DNA of 64,000 bases, from positions 9,697 to 73,696 of the forward strand of contig MGGJ01000004.1 in the NCBI GenBank assembly GCA_001792345.1, given 5' to 3'. How positions within the stretch are numbered: position 1 is the first letter of the stretch; every line of letters begins with the position of its first letter. Shown here one piece after another: positions 37,627-45,879 of the stretch. The notes beneath the pieces are model-generated. The model had not been told where the DNA came from. It did no database searches and saw only the letters and a program-made list of their open reading frames with translations. The DNA comes from Candidatus Woesebacteria bacterium RIFCSPHIGHO2_01_FULL_39_32 (GTDB lineage Bacteria; Patescibacteriota; Microgenomatia; UBA8517). The translations under genes and the position numbers were made by a program.

Positions 37627-39911
37627 TAGCGCTCAGCTGCTACCTCAACCTCGATGTTTTTGGCCACATGGGGAAGTGTTTTTAACTTTGTAGGTAACTC
37701 CGGGCGTAATTTAATCTCTGCTCTAACAAATCCGGGTACCTCCCTATTTAAGTATTCTTCTGCAACATCAGGGTTTCTTCCTCTAATTCTTGTTTCAATC
37801 ACTTCTGTATTCACTTCGGGGAGTAAATTGGCAGAAATGCGAACTTCAAATTCATAAACCTTACTATCCGAATCTTCAAGATTAAATCCAAAGTCTATCT
37901 GATCTCCCCGCAAGACAAATCCCCCGGGCACCTTATCCTTCAATACCTCGCTGGCTAACTTTACAATTTCTTCTTTTTGGATAGATACTGCACTAGCTTC
38001 CACTCCTAAGGAAAGCTTCAAAGTTTCTGCTTCGTCACCTTCCTTATTACTAAATGTTCGTGAAGAAGTAGTTGCCGCAAGAGATTCTTCGATAAGAATG
38101 TGTCCCTCGGATACCTTCCCCAAAAGTTCTTTTTTTGCATTTCCTTTTAGCTCAATGCTCAAATCTTCCTCCAGAACTTTTTGATCCTCGGAAGATACCG
38201 CTGTTATTTCTCGGCTACTTCCTCCAGAGAAACTAGCCTCATTTTTTGCCTCCAAGTCGAAAGAGGTGTAATTTCCGACACGAAATGTTGTACCGGAAGC
38301 TAAATTATACTGTGCCCCAATATCTTCGGCTACAACCAGCGCCTTTATGGTTCCAGCAGATCCGGCACTTCCACTTGCGACAGTAACCTCGCTATCAAGT
38401 GCAAATTGTAAATCCTCAGGTCCATGTAATACTGTCCCTCCCGGAATAGTTATTTGCGAGCCGACTCGATAGAGGGTTACTTCCCCTTTTGCCTTATCAC
38501 CGACAGTCTTAGTCCCCGTCGCATCTTTTGTTTTATCACCAGAAACTTTTGTTTCGATAGTTTCTCCTGCGAGAATCTTTTGGGAAAAATCTGATGATCC
38601 TTTTGTGACGTCCACGGACATGTTGAATTCTTCCTCTAATCGTTTTGGTGAAACATAAACAGTTACTGTTGCGCGAGGTAGGCTCCACCAGGCAACTCCT
38701 CCAATAAGTAATAAAATTATGAAAAAGGCTAAACCCGAAACAAGAAGTCTATTGCCACCCACAGCAAACCTACCAGAGATACGAGATTTTGGCAAACGCA
38801 GTGCTGCAAACTTTTCTTTGATTTTTGTAAATGTTGAAGTAAGGACGTAAATATTTAATTTAAAAGCACGAGGACTTTTGGTAATTACATCCTTCGAGCT
38901 AACGGGTTCAACATTTCTGTGAATTTCATCAACCCTTTGTCGCAAAAAAGCTTGATCTGGCTCTTGTTGAGGACTATCTATACCTTGCGCAATATCCTTT
39001 TCTAGGCTAAAACCAAGGTCCTCTGGGGTTAAATTCTGATCTCCTTCAGCAAAATTTTCTTCTTGGCCGATCACGGTTTCTCTAGACAGCTCCTCTTTTT
39101 CTTCTTCCTCGGTTTTGACCGAGTCTGGCTCGGTTTTGAGCGATTCAACACTGGTTACACTTGCCATCTCAGATGCTCCTGCCAAGGAAACCGCAAAAAT
39201 CTTTTCTCTTGCCTCAATTATCTCAACTTTCGGGGTATGTAAAAATCGTAAGCGGGTATCGTCTTCCCAATTTACCTTGAGAAGTGATTGTCGAACCTCC
39301 TCGAGTTCTCCTTCGCGCCCGTTATAAAGTAAAATTCGAGATGGGATAGGGTCTTTTACACCAAAACGCACTAAACCCTCGGCGACGTCATCAACAACAG
39401 ATACACTCCGGGAAACTTCGGTAGTTCCGAGTAAACTACCGAGTTTAAAAAAGGTAATCTCCAAAATCTCTTTATACACTCCCAAAACCACGGCGTTTAA
39501 TGGACTTCCTTCTTGGGCCTTAATTAAATGGGCAATCGCTTCAGGTAAAACCACAAAGCCGATTGGGGTAAGGGAAAGTTCAGAACAGACTACCTTGATT
39601 TTCGACAAAAACTCCGGCTTTATCTGACCTTCGGAAACCCAGGAAGATGTTACCCCAAAAACTGTCTTTTGTGGTTCGGCTAGACTATCCGGAAATCCTT
39701 GAATTGCAGAGGATAAAGCATTATCTGCTGCGGTAACTAGATCTTCCTCAACTTCCCAGGAAAATGGAGGACTATATAAAACTATCTGGGCTTTTTCCTC
39801 TTCTATTCGCCAAATACCAGCTTGCACATAACCAGGTTCAATAATAATCGACCAAAAGTATTCTTTTTTGTCGGCATCCTCCTTCTTGGGCAGAAATTTT
39901 TTAAGATCCAT
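37626..39911 (-). CDS. Bitopic membrane protein (~761 aa): N-terminal cytoplasmic actin-like (ASKHA; PilM/FtsA-like) domain, one TM, and a ~350-aa extracytoplasmic domain.
   Basis: Phosphate-1-like FWSIIIEPGYVQAGIW, connect/adenosine-like AVVLGVYKEILEITFFKLG, TM LLVSGLAFFIILLLIGGVAWW, and a C-terminal Thr/Ser/Gly-rich beta-type region. Start placed at MDLKKFLP. Confidence 0.5.
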   Translation of the reverse strand: MDLKKFLPKKEDADKKEYFWSIIIEPGYVQAGIWRIEEEKAQIVLYSPPFSWEVEEDLVTAADNALSSAIQGFPDSLAEPQKTVFGVTSSWVSEGQIKPEFLSKIKVVCSELSLTPIGFVVLPEAIAHLIKAQEGSPLNAVVLGVYKEILEITFFKLGSLLGTTEVSRSVSVVDDVAEGLVRFGVKDPIPSRILLYNGREGELEEVRQSLLKVNWEDDTRLRFLHTPKVEIIEAREKIFAVSLAGASEMASVTSVESLKTEPDSVKTEEEEKEELSRETVIGQEENFAEGDQNLTPEDLGFSLEKDIAQGIDSPQQEPDQAFLRQRVDEIHRNVEPVSSKDVITKSPRAFKLNIYVLTSTFTKIKEKFAALRLPKSRISGRFAVGGNRLLVSGLAFFIILLLIGGVAWWSLPRATVTVYVSPKRLEEEFNMSVDVTKGSSDFSQKILAGETIETKVSGDKTKDATGTKTVGDKAKGEVTLYRVGSQITIPGGTVLHGPEDLQFALDSEVTVASGSAGSAGTIKALVVAEDIGAQYNLASGTTFRVGNYTSFDLEAKNEASFSGGSSREITAVSSEDQKVLEEDLSIELKGNAKKELLGKVSEGHILIEESLAATTSSRTFSNKEGDEAETLKLSLGVEASAVSIQKEEIVKLASEVLKDKVPGGFVLRGDQIDFGFNLEDSDSKVYEFEVRISANLLPEVNTEVIETRIRGRNPDVAEEYLNREVPGFVRAEIKLRPELPTKLKTLPHVAKNIEVEVAAER

Positions 39912-39915
39912 TTCT

Positions 39916-41769
39916 CTAATCAACAAAAGCATAGATGCGAATAAGTCCCGCACCTATTTTTTCTTGCTTTCCTATTCTAACATGCCCAATCTCCCCCGTG
40001 TGAGTTACATGCGGCCCACCACAAAACTCACGACTTATGGCATCCTCCAGACTTTCCCCCACGTAATAGACTTTCACTGTGTCCCCATATTTTTCATTGA
40101 ACGCATGAACAGCGCCTGTATCCTCCGCCTCTTCTTTCGGCATAACCTTGAAATTGACCGGCAGGTCTTTATCAATCACATCGTTTATCGTGCCTTCCAC
40201 TTTTTTCAATTCTTCACCCGTTAGTTTTTCGAGATTGGAAAAATCAAATCTAGCCCGCTCTTTTGTAATATTCTGGCCCTTTTGTCCAATATGTTCACCC
40301 AAAACTTTTCTCAAAGAAGCTAATAGCAAATGCGTGGCTGTATGAAGCTTTATAACTTCAGGTGAATAATCGGCTAAACCCCCCTTAAAAACTCCTGCAG
40401 AAGTCGTTCTTGACAATTCTCGGTGTTTTTCAAACTCTTTTTTATATTCTTCTAAATCAATTGTCTGTCCTTTTTCAGCAAATATTTCTCTTGTTATTTC
40501 TAATGGAAATCCATAGCTCTGATATAAATCAAAAGCCTTTTGGGCATCAATTTTTTGAATCTTTTCAATTTCTTTTAACCCTCGCTCTATTGTGTTACCA
40601 AACTTTCCGATTTCTTCCGATATAACTCTATTAATTTCGCCAATTTTCTTTTTATCTAAGTAAAGCCCATCATAAGTTTCGAAAACTGCCTCGCTGACTT
40701 TTGCAAAGTCGTCTGCCCCAAAGTCCCCTTTTAACTTCCTCATCTTTATCGCACTTCTTCTCAAAAACTTTCTGAGGATATAACCCTTTTCCTTATTGGA
40801 GGGAACAACACCCGCATCTATTAAAAACGCCGCCGATTTTAAATGATCCGAGATAATCCTCATTAAAGGTTTATAGGCATCTTGATAACTCTCTCCGGAA
40901 ACCTTTTCGATTGCCTCAATTTCCTTAGCAAATAAATCAGTATTAAAGACGTCGGGATCACGCTTTGCTGCAGCAGTCAACCTCTCCAGCCCTCCGCCAA
41001 AATCCACATTTTTCTGCGGAAGCTCATCAAATTTACCGTCTCCCACCTTTTTATATTGAATAAAAACGGAGTTACCGATTTCCAAGAACCTTCCACACTC
41101 GCAATTGGGGTGACAAGGATCTTCCTTGTAAACAGAATTTTCATGGATCTTCAACTCTTCTCCAAAGTCATAAAAAACCTCGGAATCGGGTCCGCCAATA
41201 TCACCAACCCCCATTTGATCAGGTGTTCCAGTCATTGACCACCAATTTTTCTTTGCTGGATAAGCAAAAATTCTTTCATTTTCTTTTGCAACGACCCCCG
41301 CGCTTTCAAATACCTTTTTCCAAATTTCTACTGATTCATTATCCCTAGGAACAAATTCATTTCCTTCAAAAACAGATATATAAAGTTTTTCTGGTTCAAG
41401 ACCTAAGCCCTCCTTTTTATCGATCAAAAACTCAAAGAACCATGCTAGCTGCTCTTTTTTAAAATAATCTCCTAGACTCCAATTTCCTAACATTTCAAAA
41501 AAAGTAGTGTGCCTGTTATCTCCCACCTCCTCGGTGTCATCACTTGTCAGTCCATGAGCTCGAAGAGCTGGTTGCGAATTAACTAATCGCTTTCCCTCGG
41601 CGTGCGGTTCCCCCATTAAGTAAGGTACAAGAGGCTGCATTCCTGAAGACGTAAATAAAGTTGTAGGATCGTTTTCCAAGACGAGCGGGGCAGGAGAAAT
41701 TTCTTTGTGATTCCTAGGTGAACTGGTAAAAAACTTTATGTACTTTTCTCGAACTTCTCTTGATGTCAT
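39916..41769 (-). CDS. alaS: Alanine--tRNA ligase, short form lacking the C-terminal C-Ala domain.
   Basis: REKYIKFF...H..ISPAPLVLENDPTTLFTSSGMQPLVPYLMG...FFEMLGNWSLGDYFK. The editing domain has HTATHLLLASL and CGGPHVTHTGEIG. The protein ends at 617 aa. Confidence 0.9.
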   Translation of the reverse strand: MTSREVREKYIKFFTSSPRNHKEISPAPLVLENDPTTLFTSSGMQPLVPYLMGEPHAEGKRLVNSQPALRAHGLTSDDTEEVGDNRHTTFFEMLGNWSLGDYFKKEQLAWFFEFLIDKKEGLGLEPEKLYISVFEGNEFVPRDNESVEIWKKVFESAGVVAKENERIFAYPAKKNWWSMTGTPDQMGVGDIGGPDSEVFYDFGEELKIHENSVYKEDPCHPNCECGRFLEIGNSVFIQYKKVGDGKFDELPQKNVDFGGGLERLTAAAKRDPDVFNTDLFAKEIEAIEKVSGESYQDAYKPLMRIISDHLKSAAFLIDAGVVPSNKEKGYILRKFLRRSAIKMRKLKGDFGADDFAKVSEAVFETYDGLYLDKKKIGEINRVISEEIGKFGNTIERGLKEIEKIQKIDAQKAFDLYQSYGFPLEITREIFAEKGQTIDLEEYKKEFEKHRELSRTTSAGVFKGGLADYSPEVIKLHTATHLLLASLRKVLGEHIGQKGQNITKERARFDFSNLEKLTGEELKKVEGTINDVIDKDLPVNFKVMPKEEAEDTGAVHAFNEKYGDTVKVYYVGESLEDAISREFCGGPHVTHTGEIGHVRIGKQEKIGAGLIRIYAFVD

Positions 41770-41848
41770 GGTTTTAGATTATACAAACGAAGCTGAATAT
41801 TTTCCAATAACTTTCCTTCATTATGTCATAACTTCGTTGTACAATCAC

Positions 41849-42199
41849 GGTATGGGCTATGAATCAGAAGGAGGTAAAGAGACGCTGTCTCCCTCCAAAT
41901 CAGCTTCACCACCAACAATGACTCTCCAAAAGGCTGTGGATATGGGAGAATATGATCCCGAATATCTAGCAACTTTTCCCGAGTGGCATACACTTTCTCA
42001 ACACGTACAATTCCAGTTTGTAAAACAAGGTTTAGACAATAGAAATAATCAACTAGTAACTTCCTGGGCAGAAACAGTTAATATGTTGGATTTTAGTAAA
42101 AAACCGCATTTAGCAGAAGCTCTAAAGAATATTGAAAATCAAATGAAAAAGCTTGACCGAGATCGCGAAAGACTTTACCTAGAATTTTCTAAAGGTTAG
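41849..42199 (+). CDS. Hypothetical protein (~116 aa).
   Basis: ORF with a TGTACAAT -10-like element just upstream. Start placed at MGYESEGG to avoid overlapping alaS. No family recognised. Confidence 0.45.
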   Translation, partial: GMGYESEGGKETLSPSKSASPPTMTLQKAVDMGEYDPEYLATFPEWHTLSQHVQFQFVKQGLDNRNNQLVTSWAETVNMLDFSKKPHLAEALKNIENQMKKLDRDRERLYLEFSKG

Positions 42200-42306
42200 A
42201 CTCAGATTCGTACGCCCCAATGACTTGAAATACACTTGTTATACTTCTAAGGTTCTAGCAAAATAAATGTTGTGTTTTAATTTTTCTAATTGTACTATTT
42301 TTATAA

Positions 42307-42973
42307 ATGGATGATATCAAAGAACTGCAAAGGTTAACTTATGAGGCAAGAAATAAATTCTGGGCGGCTGTTGGAAAAGTAGACTCCGATGTTTTTGCTC
42401 CCCTTATCAATCCCGCTTTTTCGGGTGGACCAAAATGGCCATCTCTCAGACAGGCTTACAGGAAGATCGTGACAAATGATGGGGTATTGATAATTGCCAG
42501 CGACGGTTTATCTGACCCCTTTGAAGATACACCGGACAAAAAAAGTAAACGGGTTTGAACTGGAATTTTACGTCGAAACAAACCGAATACCAGAAAACGT
42601 TCAAAATTCATGGCAATTTGATCTGGTATACCAGATGTCACAAAATGCAGCTAGCAGCGGTCAGGTTCGTGCCATGCTTGACAAATACCAATATATCACC
42701 ACCGAATTGTATGATATAAGAGTACCGCAAGAATTTTTAAATCAGGCCGGTAGAACTGGTGTAATTCTTGGTGTTCCTTCAAAGAAAGTCCCAGAGTACA
42801 TGGATCTACCCATTTCGAAAGCTAAGATCGTTAGTATTATTTTGCTAAATGTTCAAGAACTTAAATATGCTATTGAAAGGGGGGCTGAGGGGAGAAAAAT
42901 TCTGGCAGAAAAATTAACACAGGAGGGTGGTACTGTAAATTCACTAGACAGACCTTCGGTAGTACTATCTTAA
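42307..42973 (+). pseudogene. SUFU-like (Suppressor-of-fused family) protein, split by a frameshift in an A7 homopolymer (~42519-42525).
   Basis: ORF1 ...SGGPKWPSLRQAY...GVLIIASDGLSDPFEDTPDKK and ORF2 VNGFELEFYVETN...NSWQFDLVYQMS match the SUFU signatures (HWHYISFGLSD...GFELTFRL...WPAELMQ). Six A residues would give one 222-aa ORF. Confidence 0.55.
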
Positions 42974-43009
42974 TCAAAAGTGACTTGTTCAAGAATTAAT
43001 TTATCCTAT

Positions 43010-43055
43010 AAGGCTTCGGTCTACCCAGTTTTTGAGAATTCCCTATTTAGAGGTA
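43010..43055 (+). repeat. Duplicated, decayed copy of the 5' end of the HExxH gene (direct repeat of 43507-43550).
   Basis: aaggcttcggtctacccagtttttgagaatt (KASVYPVFENSLFRG) versus aaggcttcggcccacccaacgttggagaatt (KASAHPTLENFTFKG). About 75% nucleotide identity over ~45 nt, with the reading frame preserved. Confidence 0.5.
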
Positions 43056-43081
43056 TTACCAATAATCATGATGTCAATGTT

Positions 43082-43390
43082 TTACCAAAAAAACAGTGTA
43101 TACTTTAACCCATTTGTTGTTTCTCCATGAATTGCAGTTCCCTCAACATACCCACCTACATTATTACTTTCTTCAACTTGAAATTGTATATCTTCTAAAA
43201 CTTTTTGTCCTAACAAGTCTTTTTCTGCCTCGATTTTAGCGGAGTCATTATTGCCAATTATTAATTCCAGCTCCCGCGGTTTTCCATTCATATCATATTC
43301 AAAGCCACATCGCCATTCTACTTTTTCTTGATTATATTCCCAATTCACTAATTCGACTTCTCCAACCTTAATACCCTGTGGTGCCTCCAT
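43082..43390 (-). CDS. Hypothetical protein (102 aa).
   Basis: ORF divergent from the HExxH gene. No recognisable family. Confidence 0.4.
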   Translation of the reverse strand: MEAPQGIKVGEVELVNWEYNQEKVEWRCGFEYDMNGKPRELELIIGNNDSAKIEAEKDLLGQKVLEDIQFQVEESNNVGGYVEGTAIHGETTNGLKYTLFFW

Positions 43391-43500
43391 AGAGACATTA
43401 TAGTTAACTGACCAGATCCAATCAAGTACAACCTTTCTTAAGAAATTATAATTTCTAATCAGGATTCCATTAAAAGCCTACTTAATTTAGAATTAAGGTT

Positions 43501-44442
43501 ATGATCAAGGCTTCGGCCCACCCAACGTTGGAGAATTTTACTTTCAAAGGTGCAACTGACAAACGTTTTCTTAACGGCTTCTACCGTTATATTAGATCAA
43601 AAGTAATAACGGATTTACATATCTTCATACCACCTCAACAATTTCAAAATACTGTTGAAGATATTAAAAAAGCGTTATACCTATTTGGGATAGACTTAGG
43701 CTATGATCTAACCCCAAGGATATTATTTCTAAACAGATTGGTATTTGCCAAAAAAGCAGATTTGTTAAAAAAAGATTCTACCTGGAAAGACGACTATCGA
43801 TCAGTATTCAGTCAGGATAACTTTAAAATCTACATTAGCGTTGATGCGACAGGCTCGTTCAGAACCAATGATTCCCTTGCTCATTCAATAAACCACGAAT
43901 TTATACACGGCATCTCTTATAAGGAAATATATATTTCACAAAACAATAAGGAGTGGATCGTTACAAAATTAGGAATAAGAAGAAAAAATAGATTCTTTAT
44001 ATTAAATGAGGCTGTCACGGAACTAACTAACATTTATGTGATAAATAAATTCTGGCCAAGATTTAAAAACACAAAATCACTTGTAAATTTTGCAAATCGA
44101 GAGATCTCGGCTCCAAATGCAGTCTTTTTGGTAAATGCCATGTTTGAAGAATTGGTAAAAAGATCTCATCTCAGCTATAAAGATATTCTAAGAAAAGCCC
44201 AGGTTGATCTTTTAACGGGCTCTCAAAATACACTAAGTTTGATAAGCCGATTTCTTGGTAAAGACTTTATTGAAGTCTTATCTTCTTCAGAGGAATCGAA
44301 AAAATACGATGTAATTTTCAATCTGAATTTTTTAGTCGAGAAGTCTAGAAGACTCAAGCTGGTATACTTCGAAAAACAGCTTAATAACTACAAACTTTCT
44401 TCGGATGTCAAAGATATACTAGATCCCACCCGATTGTTGTAA
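43501..44442 (+). CDS. Putative zinc metallopeptidase (HExxH, gluzincin-like).
   Basis: LAHSINHEFIHGISY (HExxH) has a candidate third ligand in NEAVTELTN ~28 aa downstream. AAGG SD lies 5 nt upstream of the ATG. No signal peptide. Confidence 0.55.
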   Translation: MIKASAHPTLENFTFKGATDKRFLNGFYRYIRSKVITDLHIFIPPQQFQNTVEDIKKALYLFGIDLGYDLTPRILFLNRLVFAKKADLLKKDSTWKDDYRSVFSQDNFKIYISVDATGSFRTNDSLAHSINHEFIHGISYKEIYISQNNKEWIVTKLGIRRKNRFFILNEAVTELTNIYVINKFWPRFKNTKSLVNFANREISAPNAVFLVNAMFEELVKRSHLSYKDILRKAQVDLLTGSQNTLSLISRFLGKDFIEVLSSSEESKKYDVIFNLNFLVEKSRRLKLVYFEKQLNNYKLSSDVKDILDPTRLL

Positions 44443-44459
44443 TTTAAATAACCAAAATC

Positions 44460-44786
44460 TTAAGCGCTACCTTTTTTGTGCCAACCGACAAGCTTATCAG
44501 CCCCTCTATGTAAAGACTCTGTAGCTTTTTCGGGTTCCCTTATAAGCCAATCCATCGTCAAAAAAGCCGCAAGTTCATTCATACCATGTTCCTTAACAAG
44601 TTTGTCTATTGTATAACCGTTAATCTCTCTGGCAGGTATTTCTCCTGTTTCTAAAAATTTTTCAAGTTCTAATTTAAGTTGGGTATCAAATTGTTGAATT
44701 TTCTTAGCTACCAAATCTAACCCCTTATCAGGATAGAGGCCTGGAAATTTTTGTTGTATTCTTAGTTTTATTGCATCTTCGTCCAC
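44460..44786 (-). CDS. Hypothetical protein (108 aa).
   Basis: ORF convergent with the HExxH gene. No confident family. Confidence 0.45.
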   Translation of the reverse strand: MDEDAIKLRIQQKFPGLYPDKGLDLVAKKIQQFDTQLKLELEKFLETGEIPAREINGYTIDKLVKEHGMNELAAFLTMDWLIREPEKATESLHRGADKLVGWHKKGSA

Positions 44787-44867
44787 CTCTATATCACCGC
44801 CTTTGCTAAACCATCTCCCGACTTTCTATCTTCGCGCAATTAGCAATCTCTATATTTCCAAATGAAA

Positions 44868-45134
44868 TTATTCCAAAGGAATGCGGGGTCCTTGCATTTC
44901 TCCGCTACCATGCTTTTCAAGTTTTCTTTTTTTACCGAAAAATTCTAAAATTCCTGTTAATTTTTCGGGTCGAATAAGTCCTCCACCCAGTATCGAATCT
45001 TCAAGAATACTATTTAATCGCTTAATGGCGCGCCTCAGATCGACAATAACCATAACCACCTGAACTCCTACGATGATTAGAAGTACGGTCAAGGAAACTA
45101 TAACTACCGCCAATAATTTTTGAACACCATCCAT
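44868..45134 (-). CDS. Small bitopic membrane protein (88 aa; possibly FtsL/FtsB-like).
   Basis: Six-aa N-terminus, TM LLAVVIVSLTVLLIIVGVQVVMVIV, then a basic/helical segment. It lies immediately downstream of the rodZ-like gene and ftsK. Confidence 0.45.
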   Translation of the reverse strand: MDGVQKLLAVVIVSLTVLLIIVGVQVVMVIVDLRRAIKRLNSILEDSILGGGLIRPEKLTGILEFFGKKRKLEKHGSGEMQGPRIPLE

Positions 45135-45220
45135 AAATTAGTTGTAAGTGGTTAGTTGTTAGCCGTTAGTAAATACAGAGAATTAAATTACTCAATTTCT
45201 TACTAACAACCAACTACCGA

Positions 45221-45853
45221 CTACTCACTACTTAATTCCGGTTTTATTTTACGTCTTATAACCGTCTCTTTACCAGAGCGGGACCGGGAAATAATTGTAA
45301 TTTCTTCGGTTCCTTCAAAAATATCTATCTCTGCCATAAATGTACCATCCTCTTCAACCACCGTAGGTTGGTTATTAACCAAAACTATTGCGTCAGGATC
45401 GGTTTTTCCCACAACATTAAGGGCAACCGTATCTACTGCCTGTCCATCTTGTGGCTGAGAAACCAAAAGATTGGGTGGCCGAATAAAGTTAATATATTGA
45501 AAAATTAGATATCCGAGGATAAAAAGGGTGACAGAAAAAACACCAACTAGAAATGTTAAACGTGGACTCCAACTGAATTTTTCCACAACGTCTGGTTTGG
45601 GATTCACCGATAACGCTTTAGGAGGGTAGTCGCGGCGCAAAAGAGCAGTCATGCGTTTTTCACCAAGCGTTAATGCTGAGGATATATTTTTTACAAAACC
45701 TCTAACAACCGGGTATTCGGGTAAGCTTTCCCATCGTTCAGCTTCTAAATTCTCGATAAATTCTTTTTTTATTTTTGTCAGCTCTTCAAGTCTTTCTCTT
45801 GAAAGCTTTTTTTTTGTGCGAGTCTCCTGAATAACTTTTCCGATTGATTTCAT
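45221..45853 (-). CDS. rodZ: RodZ-like cytoskeleton protein (XRE-type HTH + TM + C-terminal domain).
   Basis: IGKVIQETRTKKKLSRERLEELTKIKKEFIENLEAERWESLPEYPVVRGFVKNIS matches the RodZ HTH_25 pattern, followed by the TM LTFLVGVFSVTLFILGYLIF. Confidence 0.6.
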   Translation of the reverse strand: MKSIGKVIQETRTKKKLSRERLEELTKIKKEFIENLEAERWESLPEYPVVRGFVKNISSALTLGEKRMTALLRRDYPPKALSVNPKPDVVEKFSWSPRLTFLVGVFSVTLFILGYLIFQYINFIRPPNLLVSQPQDGQAVDTVALNVVGKTDPDAIVLVNNQPTVVEEDGTFMAEIDIFEGTEEITIISRSRSGKETVIRRKIKPELSSE

Positions 45854-45879
45854 ATGATAATTAAAACAAAACTCAGTTT

